A stretch of 48,057 nucleotides of DNA, from contig JAAYZB010000143.1 of assembly GCA_012515085.1 (NCBI GenBank), positions 1-48,057 of the forward strand, read 5' to 3'. The DNA is from Acholeplasmataceae bacterium. Lineage in GTDB: Bacteria; Bacillota_I; Bacilli_A; Izemoplasmatales; Hujiaoplasmataceae. The position numbers were made by a program, and so were the translations under genes. This document shows, in pieces, positions 9,459-16,325 of the stretch. Position 1 is the stretch's first letter, and the number at the start of each line of letters is the position of its first letter. The notes under the pieces are model-generated. The model saw only the letters and a list, made by a program, of their open reading frames with translations, did no database searches and was not told the DNA's origin.

Positions 9459-10547
9459 CTAGCGATGTGTCGCTTCCAATTGTCGGAAACGTTGAATCAC
9501 CATTTCTCCCTCTTCCACAGACTTGACCGGAAGACATATGGAGAAATTGCCTTTTTTCATGGCTTCATAGTTTTTTTCGATTTCCGCAAACGTGTCGCAG
9601 TCGATTGCCATCACAGCACCTTGAGCGTCATTGACCAATTTGGCCACATGATCGATCGGTCGAGGTTGGTTCGGGTCGGTGGCCAACCAGAGATGGACGA
9701 TGTGATCCATATCGCATATTTCTTTTACCAAATACATCGCCCGGGAATGGCAGTGCATATAGCCGCTCCCAAAATGATTGACGACTCGTTGGGTATGCGG
9801 TCGGCAAAATTCCCGGTACGTATCGCCGCTGATCATGCAGGCTATATCTTCGGACATGTTGATTTGTTTACGGGTATACCAAGTTCCATAGGTTGTGTCT
9901 TTACCATATTTATCGACCAGTCGATAGATATCTTCCGCAAAGCGGATGGTCATAGTCGCACAATAATCGAGTAATTCGTGTAATTTTTCCGGCTCGTCAT
10001 AAAAATCATAATAGATGTCTTCTCCTCGAAGCGCATGGGCGAGATCAAGGGGCGAGAAGAATCCTCGCATATACGGGATTCCTTGTTTTGCACTTTTTTG
10101 GATCAACCGTTCGGTAATCATCATAAAAAGACGATACCATTTGGTCGAGCCATACGGTGGCAGTTTTTTCCAATCATCAATTTCCTTTAGCACGTGTTCG
10201 CCCCAACTCGTATCGGGTTTAAAAATGATGTCTCCCGCTAAAAACGCTGAATAATCGCCAATTCCCAAAATCGGAAAGACGGTGGGAATCATATTGTCAT
10301 CGAGTGTTTTCCGAGCTTGATAGGACTGATCCAACAAGCCAAGAAGATCGGTAGTATATTGCTCGATATCTTTCTCGAAATCGTATTTAGTGAGATCTAT
10401 TTTCTCATAAAAACTGACATCACACGGTGGTAAAACCCGCAAACTGACGTTCCCGGGACGTTTATGATAAGCATCATGGTACAATTGATAGTTTTCCTGA
10501 AAGGTCTTGTCGATATTGATTTTGTATTGATGGATGTCTAATAACAT
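9459..10547 (-). CDS. putative substrate:corrinoid methyltransferase (distant URO-D/MtaA-like TIM barrel; tentative)
   Basis: ORF 9459..10637. I prefer the ATG at 10547 (MLLDIHQYKI...), 10 nt after the corrinoid-protein stop, with RBS AGGTGG. It shows URO-D-like segments (GFFSPLDLAHALRGEDIYYDFYDEPEKLHELL; MSEDIACMISGDTYREF; GYMHCHS His-Cys-His). The family assignment comes from motif resemblance and gene context only. Confidence 0.45.
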   Translation of the reverse strand: MLLDIHQYKINIDKTFQENYQLYHDAYHKRPGNVSLRVLPPCDVSFYEKIDLTKYDFEKDIEQYTTDLLGLLDQSYQARKTLDDNMIPTVFPILGIGDYSAFLAGDIIFKPDTSWGEHVLKEIDDWKKLPPYGSTKWYRLFMMITERLIQKSAKQGIPYMRGFFSPLDLAHALRGEDIYYDFYDEPEKLHELLDYCATMTIRFAEDIYRLVDKYGKDTTYGTWYTRKQINMSEDIACMISGDTYREFCRPHTQRVVNHFGSGYMHCHSRAMYLVKEICDMDHIVHLWLATDPNQPRPIDHVAKLVNDAQGAVMAIDCDTFAEIEKNYEAMKKGNFSICLPVKSVEEGEMVIQRFRQLEATHR

Positions 10548-10557
10548 CTTTCGCCAC

Positions 10558-11187
10558 CTACCGACAGTAAGCAAGCGCCAATTCTGAAGCGCTGGCCGCA
10601 TCCGCCGCATACGCGTCGGCACCAATATCGCGGGCAAACTGTTCCGTTACCGGAGCCCCGCCCACCAAGATTTTGACTTGATCTCGAATTCCTGCTTTTT
10701 TTAAGTAATCAATGATCACTTTTTGATTCATCATCGTGGTTGTCAGAAGCGCACTGAGGCAAAGAAGGTCGGGATGGTGTTCTTGAATGGCCTCCGCGAT
10801 CACTTCCGGAGCCACATCCACACCTAAGTCGATGACCTCAATTCCTTGTCCTTCAATCATCATCTTGACCAAATTTTTTCCGATATCATGAAGGTCTCCG
10901 TGCACTGTGCAAATCAAGGCCTTCCCTTTGGCTTTATTGCCGTCTCTGACCAATGCCGGCCGTAAAATTTCTAAGCCAAAATTCATCGCACGGGCAGCCA
11001 CTAACACTTCCGGAACGAAGACTTCGTTATTCCGAAACTTTCCGCCGATGATCGACATGCCTTTGATCAGACCTTCGTTCAGGATATCCGCCGGTTGAAC
11101 GCCTTCATCAAGCGCTTGTTGAACCAGGCTTTTCACTTCTTTTGCTTTGCCTTTTTGTAAAAGCAAAGAAATCTCTTCTAGGAGCAT
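10558..11187 (-). CDS. corrinoid (cobalamin-binding) methyl-carrier protein, MtaC/MtbC-like
   Basis: 209 aa. It has an N-terminal helical B12-binding_2 cap and a Rossmann B12 domain with the base-off/His-on motif GDLHDIGKN (DxHxxG), plus SALLTTT and GGAP. Confidence 0.9.
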   Translation of the reverse strand: MLLEEISLLLQKGKAKEVKSLVQQALDEGVQPADILNEGLIKGMSIIGGKFRNNEVFVPEVLVAARAMNFGLEILRPALVRDGNKAKGKALICTVHGDLHDIGKNLVKMMIEGQGIEVIDLGVDVAPEVIAEAIQEHHPDLLCLSALLTTTMMNQKVIIDYLKKAGIRDQVKILVGGAPVTEQFARDIGADAYAADAASASELALAYCR

Positions 11188-11282
11188 CTCTAGTCAATCC
11201 TTTCTATTTTACGAATCCATTATAACTAAAAACGCTTACATATAACACCGGATAAATTGTTATAAAATAGGACTTATTTGTT

Positions 11283-11311
11283 AAAAAAAACCTCCCTTGA
11301 TTGGAAGGCTT
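11283..11311 (-). terminator. intrinsic terminator after the PocR-AraC gene
   Basis: The minus strand reads AGCCTTCC-aatcaa-GGGAGGTT followed by a run of T. This is an 8-bp stem including G-U pairs, and it lies immediately after the stop at 11316. Confidence 0.6.
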
Positions 11312-11315
11312 TCGA

Positions 11316-12614
11316 CTAAAAATAGAGACTCATGTATTTTTTGGGCGTAATTCCATGATATTTTTTAAAGGTCTTAGTGAAATAACTGGCATCCGCGAAT
11401 CCCGATTGCACCGCTATTTCTTGAATCGACATTTTGGTCTCTTTCATCAGTTTGATCGCCGCATCCATTCGAACTTTATTGACATAATCGCTGAAAGTCA
11501 TGTTCATTTCATCACGAAACAAATGGGACAGATAATAATTGCTGACAAACGCGTTTTTAGCAACCATATCCAACGAGAGGTCTTCCCGGTAGTGCTTTTT
11601 AATGTAACTGATCGCATTGATCAGATTTTCATTGCTCTTCTTGGTGAAACGGTTGCTGGAAATCACTTGATTGATTGCTTCCATCGCTTCCGTTGTCAAA
11701 AGACAGACTTCATCATATTGGGTCTCATCCGCCAAAATAATGGTCACTTTCTTTAAGATCTCATTCATTTCCGACAAGGATACCCCCGCATCGACCGCTG
11801 CGCGCATCAAGACAGCTGTTAACTCATAGATATTGGCTTTGATCGACTCGAGGTTGCCGGAAGAGAGAGCAAAGATTTCTCCTAAAATGGAATTTAAGAT
11901 TTGCATTGCATTCGTGGAATTCCCCGTCTGCAAAAAAGCGATCAACTCTTTTTCCAATTCATACGGGTATTTTTTGAATTTGTTGCGACGCTCGATCGTT
12001 TCGAGGCTGGAAGTGGCCACTCGCTTTTCGGCGAGCAGATCTGCGATCCGATCTTGTTGTTTTGTGATCTTTGCGCGCTGCTTTAGGAAGATGCTTTCTT
12101 CCTTACACATATAAGACACCATGACCGCAAGCATGCCCGCTGCACTTCTCATGTTTTCCGGTGTCAATTGTTTGACACACCCCAAAATCTCTTCGGCCTT
12201 TTCCTTTTGAATATCATACTTATTGGCAAAAGCCGCCAAATCATTCTTGGCAATCTCGTCGGCTTCCCATAACAACACCGGTCCGCAGGCCAAAGAGCCT
12301 AAAAATTTCTCTTCAAAGAGAATGGGAACGGAACATTTGACCATGGTTCCACATTGAAAAATGTAAGGTTCTCCGAGTTCAGCGGATTTGAGTCCGGCAT
12401 ATTTCATCTGCATATTGCATCCAGATTGTTTTTCTTTCACTAATTCGCAGATGCTTTTCTCGGGATTCACCCGGTAAGTCAGAATCTCGCTTCCTTCTTG
12501 ATCATGAAGACTGACATCGATTTCTGTTAAGTTGGCAAAATGGCTGAACAAATGTTTCAGATCCGAAAAATCCAACACCTGATCCAATTTATAGTCGCTT
12601 AAAAATACTTTCAA
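11316..12614 (-). CDS. PocR-sensor / AraC-family transcriptional regulator
   Basis: 432 aa. The N-terminal PocR-like domain has conserved Cys (SICELV...SGCNMQ...FQCGTMVKCSVPI...GSLACGPV). The C-terminus is an AraC HTH (YYLSHLFRDEMNMTFSDYVNKVRMDAAIKLMKETKMSIQEIAVQSGFADASYFTKTFKKYHGITPKKY). The start is a TTG overlapping the upstream TGA (TTGA), with RBS GGAGGTGA 6 nt upstream. Confidence 0.85.
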   Translation of the reverse strand: MKVFLSDYKLDQVLDFSDLKHLFSHFANLTEIDVSLHDQEGSEILTYRVNPEKSICELVKEKQSGCNMQMKYAGLKSAELGEPYIFQCGTMVKCSVPILFEEKFLGSLACGPVLLWEADEIAKNDLAAFANKYDIQKEKAEEILGCVKQLTPENMRSAAGMLAVMVSYMCKEESIFLKQRAKITKQQDRIADLLAEKRVATSSLETIERRNKFKKYPYELEKELIAFLQTGNSTNAMQILNSILGEIFALSSGNLESIKANIYELTAVLMRAAVDAGVSLSEMNEILKKVTIILADETQYDEVCLLTTEAMEAINQVISSNRFTKKSNENLINAISYIKKHYREDLSLDMVAKNAFVSNYYLSHLFRDEMNMTFSDYVNKVRMDAAIKLMKETKMSIQEIAVQSGFADASYFTKTFKKYHGITPKKYMSLYF

Positions 12615-14101
12615 CCCTGATCACCTCCGGGTGTAAACCACATGTGTTCGACAAAGAGATTCACAAAATCCGCTAAAGAGGCCAAATCGATGATTGTGGA
12701 CTCTTTGGCATACTGCGTGGCAAGTGTCACTTTGTCATTATCAAGCAAACAATCGATCAATCCTTGTCCGGATGCATTTCCAAGCGAGCGGATCTTTCCC
12801 CGAAACGCTTCCGGAAAGATGCCGACTGTCAACAAATTGTCCAGATCCAAGTAAAAACCGAATCCACCGGCCAAGTTGATCGTCTCGATCTGTTCAAGCG
12901 TCACTTTTGCGACTTTCGCGAGAGTCAAGACTCCGGAAATAATGGCGCTTTTGGCAAGTTGGAACTCGCGGATATCCGCTTGGTTGACAAAAACATTCTC
13001 GGTCAAATAAAAACGGTCACCTTGAAAACACTTCCCCAATGGATGGTGGACGGACGGATCAAATCGACCGGTCTCATCAATGAATCCAATCTTGACCAAA
13101 ATTGCGACCAGATCGACTAATCCGCTACCAGAAATCCCCCTGGGAGCACCACCGACTGTTGTTATGAGCAATTCATCATCTATTAGTTCAACTCGGTTGA
13201 TTGCCCCTTCCACGCCTCCCATGCCCATGGTGATTGTGGCACCTTCAAATGCGGGTCCGGTCGCGGTCGACGTTGCAAAAAATCCGGTCGGTGTTTTGAG
13301 CACCATTTCTCCATTTGTCCCTAAGTCCACAAGCAATGAGCAGGTTTCTTTTTCCAACTCTGAAAAAACCATTCCCATGGTGATATCGCCTCCGATAAAT
13401 GCACTGATCGACGGCATCAATGTGATTTCAGAAGCATCTAAATGGAGCGAATTCCCTGAGATTTGTCTCTTCTCAATGAACTCGGGAACATACGGCGCAA
13501 CCCCTAGTGATTTTGGAGAGACTCTGGCGATAATATGAAGCATCGTCGGATTTCCTGCCAGATACAATTTATCAATAACCGAGAGTTTAAACATCTGTTT
13601 AAAGCCTGCGATTGAACGGTTGATATCTTCACAAACCAATTCCGCCAGTTCTTCTAAATGTCCCTCATTGGCCGCTTTGATCCGGGAGATGACATCCGCC
13701 CCAAAAGTGACTTGGCGATTCAAACAAGTGTCGGTAGATAACACTCGGGAGTTTTCCAAATCAACCAGATAGATCGCAAGCGTCGTCGTCCCCAAATCCA
13801 CAGCCACACCCATGCCTTTTTCTCGTACCATCACAGAACGTCTCTCGTTCCAGTTTGCCAAACCCCTCCCTTTTGTTGGGAACACTTCAATCTGCAAATC
13901 GGTTTCAATCTGAGTTTGGCAACATTTCACGAAGTTGCCTTCTGGGAGAAGTTTGACCAAACACTTGTTACAAAGGCCCCTGCCACCGCACGGGCTTTGC
14001 ACAAAAAAACCGTTTTGTTGAAGCAAGCGCAACAAATTATCCCCCGGGTTTGCTTGAAGAATTCGGGTCTGCCCAGCTTCGATCACTTCGACTCGAATCA
14101 T
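12611..14101 (-). CDS. reductive activator of corrinoid proteins (RACo-type; 2Fe-2S ferredoxin + ASKHA ATPase)
   Basis: ORF 12611..14128. I prefer the ATG at 14101 (MIRVEVIEAG...; RBS GGTGA). The N-terminus has a plant-type 2Fe-2S motif (CGGRGLCNKC...CC). The ASKHA phosphate-binding segments are VAVDLGTTTLAIYLVD and LLVDLGTNGEMVL. Confidence 0.8.
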   Translation of the reverse strand: MIRVEVIEAGQTRILQANPGDNLLRLLQQNGFFVQSPCGGRGLCNKCLVKLLPEGNFVKCCQTQIETDLQIEVFPTKGRGLANWNERRSVMVREKGMGVAVDLGTTTLAIYLVDLENSRVLSTDTCLNRQVTFGADVISRIKAANEGHLEELAELVCEDINRSIAGFKQMFKLSVIDKLYLAGNPTMLHIIARVSPKSLGVAPYVPEFIEKRQISGNSLHLDASEITLMPSISAFIGGDITMGMVFSELEKETCSLLVDLGTNGEMVLKTPTGFFATSTATGPAFEGATITMGMGGVEGAINRVELIDDELLITTVGGAPRGISGSGLVDLVAILVKIGFIDETGRFDPSVHHPLGKCFQGDRFYLTENVFVNQADIREFQLAKSAIISGVLTLAKVAKVTLEQIETINLAGGFGFYLDLDNLLTVGIFPEAFRGKIRSLGNASGQGLIDCLLDNDKVTLATQYAKESTIIDLASLADFVNLFVEHMWFTPGGDQG

Positions 14102-14102
14102 C

Positions 14103-14636
14103 TCATTCACCAAAAAAGACAATGGCAAAATAAGTCACGGTAGCCGGACCATTATAATATTTGAGTTGATAACGCCTTGCCAGTTCCGCTACATCAATAC
14201 CTAGCGCTTCCATCGATATCAACATTCTTTCGGGGAAACGACAAGGACGATCCGGATAGGTACATTCTTTACAAAGCGAACAGCTTCCGGCTGCTAACAT
14301 GAAAAAAGGAGCGTTGCCCTTTTTCAAATCATCCTGCAGCGTGAGGGTATCGGTCATGATGATTTTTCTTCCAGCATCCATTCCTTCCACATCATAAATG
14401 TCTTCTAACGGAAAGACTTTTTGAAACAAGATCGCTGTCGGAAAATCATTTGCCCGTTTTTTGATTGCCTCAATATCCCCGATTGCGGGTGGACAAGACC
14501 ACGACTTTTGATACCTACCACAATAGTTCATTCGGCATTTCGCCGCAAATTCTTCGCGGTAAATGATATTTTCAGGTTCAATCACCGCGTATGTATATCC
14601 CTGATTTTTTAAAAAATCTTCAATCTTTTTCTGCAT
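14103..14636 (-). CDS. DUF2284-type predicted metal-binding protein
   Basis: 177 aa. Cys-rich motifs (CRMNYCGRYQKSWSCPP; GSCSLCKECTYPDRPCRFP) are characteristic of DUF2284, a family that recurs next to corrinoid methyltransferase genes. Confidence 0.7.
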   Translation of the reverse strand: MQKKIEDFLKNQGYTYAVIEPENIIYREEFAAKCRMNYCGRYQKSWSCPPAIGDIEAIKKRANDFPTAILFQKVFPLEDIYDVEGMDAGRKIIMTDTLTLQDDLKKGNAPFFMLAAGSCSLCKECTYPDRPCRFPERMLISMEALGIDVAELARRYQLKYYNGPATVTYFAIVFFGE

Positions 14637-14660
14637 TTACAGCCCCTCTTTTTCCCCTGT

Positions 14661-14689
14661 ATTCTATCACACGCCCCTCTGAAATGCAA
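14661..14689 (-). promoter_or_regulatory. putative sigma-A promoter of the DUF2284-RACo-PocR/AraC unit
   Basis: The minus strand reads TTGCAT, a 17-nt spacer, then TG-n-TAGAAT (extended -10). It ends about 25 nt upstream of the ATG at 14636. Confidence 0.5.
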
Positions 14690-14754
14690 TGAGATGTCCC
14701 AAACATCACTGGAAGATTCACGACCATAAAAATCGAGAATTATCCCCTTCGCCA

Positions 14755-14783
14755 TTGTCGAGAGACCCCTCCCGTGATATGAT
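14755..14783 (+). promoter_or_regulatory. putative sigma-A promoter of the ATL gene (divergent)
   Basis: The plus strand reads TTGTCG, a 17-nt spacer, then TG-a-TATGAT (extended -10). It lies about 50 nt upstream of the ATG at 14834. Confidence 0.5.
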
Positions 14784-14833
14784 GAATCCAGAGTTGCTTT
14801 ATGGTATGTTCTCCCCCTTTGGAGGTAAGGAAA

Positions 14834-15145
14834 ATGACTGATTTTACGCGAGAAGTGATTCAAATCATCCAAAAGATTCCTTCCGGAAAAGTGATGACTT
14901 ACGGTCAAATCGCCATATTGGCCGGCAACCCTTGGGGAGCCAGGCAAGTGGTCCGAATTTTGAATTCCATGAGTCGACAATACGATTTGCCTTGGCATCG
15001 CGTCATCAACGCCAAAGGAAAAATCAGTTTGCCCGGCGATGGCGGGAGAGAGCAACGCGAACGCCTGATGGCTGAAGGCGTTTGGGTCGAACAAGGCGAA
15101 ATCGATTTGGATCGCTACTTGTTTCAAGACGAGCCGCTTGATTGA
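14834..15145 (+). CDS. alkyltransferase-like protein (ATL; MGMT-family DNA-binding domain without the acceptor Cys)
   Basis: ORF 14801..15145. I prefer the ATG at 14834, 8 nt after GGAGG. The sequence MTDFTREVIQIIQKIPSGKVMTYGQIA...LPWHRVINAKGKISL has PWHRV in place of the MGMT PCHRV active site. Confidence 0.8.
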   Translation: MTDFTREVIQIIQKIPSGKVMTYGQIAILAGNPWGARQVVRILNSMSRQYDLPWHRVINAKGKISLPGDGGREQRERLMAEGVWVEQGEIDLDRYLFQDEPLD

Positions 15146-15162
15146 AACGATTTTTTGTTACA

Positions 15163-15831
15163 TTAAAACAGTTGTCGAACTTGGCGAGTTAAATCCTTAT
15201 GAGAAAGTTCTGTTGCACTTTCCACTCCCTCTTTCCATAAGGTGCATTTTCGGATCAAATCATTTTCTCTTTCGATTTGGAGACTCTCGCCCCGATCATT
15301 TTGAATCACCAAAAACCAGTCGCTGTCTTCTTCTTTTAGATCATCAATCAACCTCTGAAGGTCTTGTTGCGAGAAATGCAGCGGTTTAAGAGATGGAATT
15401 GACAGTCCAAGTCCCCTCGCTTCTCCATAAACCATCACTCCAGAGGCTTCGGGTTCTTTTGAGACGAAAGAAGAGTCTGCTTCCGGATCTTGGTTTTTCC
15501 CAGTGACAATAAAAGCCACAAACTCGGGTCCTTGAAACGACAAATGCCCCGACTCTCCCTTTTGGTATAACTGCTTGACACTTGGTTTCACCTTAAAAGA
15601 CATGATCCGTTGGTCATTCAAGCGAAATGTGACGATATCTCCCTTTGTTTCCTGTGAAGATTGTGAATCAAACGGATAGTTTGTCCCTAAAAACATCGCC
15701 GGCAACGTTTCAATTGGTTGATTTTCTCTTTTCTGACGCTCTTTTCTTATGGTTCTAAGTGCAAACAAACTGGCAACGATTGCCAACACAATAAAAAACG
15801 CACTGAAGAAAATCACCCATTCTGATCCCAT
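15163..15831 (-). CDS. membrane-anchored hypothetical protein
   Basis: ORF 15163..15945. I prefer the ATG at 15831 (MGSEWVIFFSAFFIVLAIVASLFAL...), which has a near-perfect RBS (AAAGGAGATCAAAT-ATG). It has one N-terminal TM helix followed by a soluble region. It may be DUF2500-like, but I cannot confirm this. Confidence 0.55.
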   Translation of the reverse strand: MGSEWVIFFSAFFIVLAIVASLFALRTIRKERQKRENQPIETLPAMFLGTNYPFDSQSSQETKGDIVTFRLNDQRIMSFKVKPSVKQLYQKGESGHLSFQGPEFVAFIVTGKNQDPEADSSFVSKEPEASGVMVYGEARGLGLSIPSLKPLHFSQQDLQRLIDDLKEEDSDWFLVIQNDRGESLQIERENDLIRKCTLWKEGVESATELSHKDLTRQVRQLF

Positions 15832-15859
15832 ATTTGATCTCCTTTTCATCGTCATCTGA

Positions 15860-15888
15860 ATTATAACCGGAATCATTGAACGATACAA
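15860..15888 (-). promoter_or_regulatory. putative sigma-A promoter for the 15831 gene
   Basis: The minus strand reads TTGTAT, a 17-nt spacer, then TATAAT. Confidence 0.45.
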
Positions 15889-15943
15889 TTGATCAACGAA
15901 AATCAGTCTTTGTGATAACCGATTTTTTTTATTTCGACGCAAC

Positions 15944-15968
15944 AAAAAAAGCAGATTGAACTGCCTTT
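15944..15968 (-). terminator. short hairpin terminator after the tRNA pair
   Basis: The minus strand reads AGGCAG-ttcaat-CTGCTT followed by a T-run. It is flanked by an A-run, so it could act in both directions. The stem is only about 6 bp including one G-U pair. Confidence 0.4.
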
Positions 15969-16010
15969 TTTTAAGTCATGATTTATCATCAATTGACAAC
16001 ATCACCATAC

Positions 16011-16087
<77 letters not shown>

Positions 16088-16090
16088 AAG

Positions 16091-16166
16091 TGGTGGAGGT
16101 TGACGGGCTCGAACCGCCGACCCTCTGCTTGTAAGGCAGATGCTCTCCCAGCTGAGCTAAACCTCC
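16091..16166 (-). tRNA. tRNA-Val (anticodon UAC), CCA encoded
   Basis: The reverse complement is GGAGGTTTAGCTCAGCTGGGAGAGCATCTGCCTTACAAGCAGAGGGTCGGCGGTTCGAGCCCGTCAACCTCCACCA. Acceptor GGAGGTT/AACCTCC, anticodon stem TCTGC/GCAGA, loop CT-TAC-AA. It lies 3 nt from tRNA-Thr. Confidence 0.95.
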
Positions 16167-16184
16167 AAAAGCGAAACGGACCAC

Positions 16185-16256
16185 ATTCTAACGAGTATTT
16201 TCGCTCGTTTTCAAGTCTCGCAAGACAATTTTACTATTCATGACAGGGAAAGTCAA
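16185..16256 (-). promoter_or_regulatory. tandem candidate sigma-A promoters for the tRNA-Val/Thr pair
   Basis: Two minus-strand candidates. The first is TTGACT, a 17-nt spacer, TAAAAT (16256..16228). The second is TTGAAA, an 18-nt spacer, TAGAAT (16214..16185), ending about 19 nt before the tRNA-Val 5' end. Confidence 0.45.
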
Positions 16257-16325
16257 GGAAAAGACGCTTGACAAAAAAGGATTCTTTTATATGTTTTTTT
16301 TGATAGAGACATTCGCTCATTCGGT

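Noticed and set aside
9421-9537. 39-codon N-terminal extension of the SBP-permease ORF. Similar extensions occur at 10548..10637, 14102..14128, 15832..15945, 24370..24444, 31831..31863 and 44989..45030.
   Set aside because: The extensions begin at weak or alternative start codons without RBSs. They overlap upstream genes or intergenic signals. Downstream in-frame ATG or GTG codons have strong RBSs and give canonical protein N-termini (signal peptide, [15 protein letters not shown] and so on).
11188-11315. I looked for cobalamin riboswitches (B12-box) in the leaders of the B12-related units (11188..11315, 14637..14700, 24776..24862).
   Set aside because: The leaders are too short (under 130 nt) and AT-rich. 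I could not see a B12-box-like GCCACTG core or the surrounding GC-rich helices. The only convincing riboswitch in the window is the L-box at 33979..34137.
14609-15127. 172-aa minus-strand ORF spanning the divergent promoter region and the ATL gene.
   Set aside because: It runs antisense to the well-supported ATL CDS, which has GGAGG plus ATG and a clear family motif. It would overlap the DUF2284 start, it has no RBS, and its sequence is low-complexity Gly/Arg/His-rich, as expected from antisense translation.
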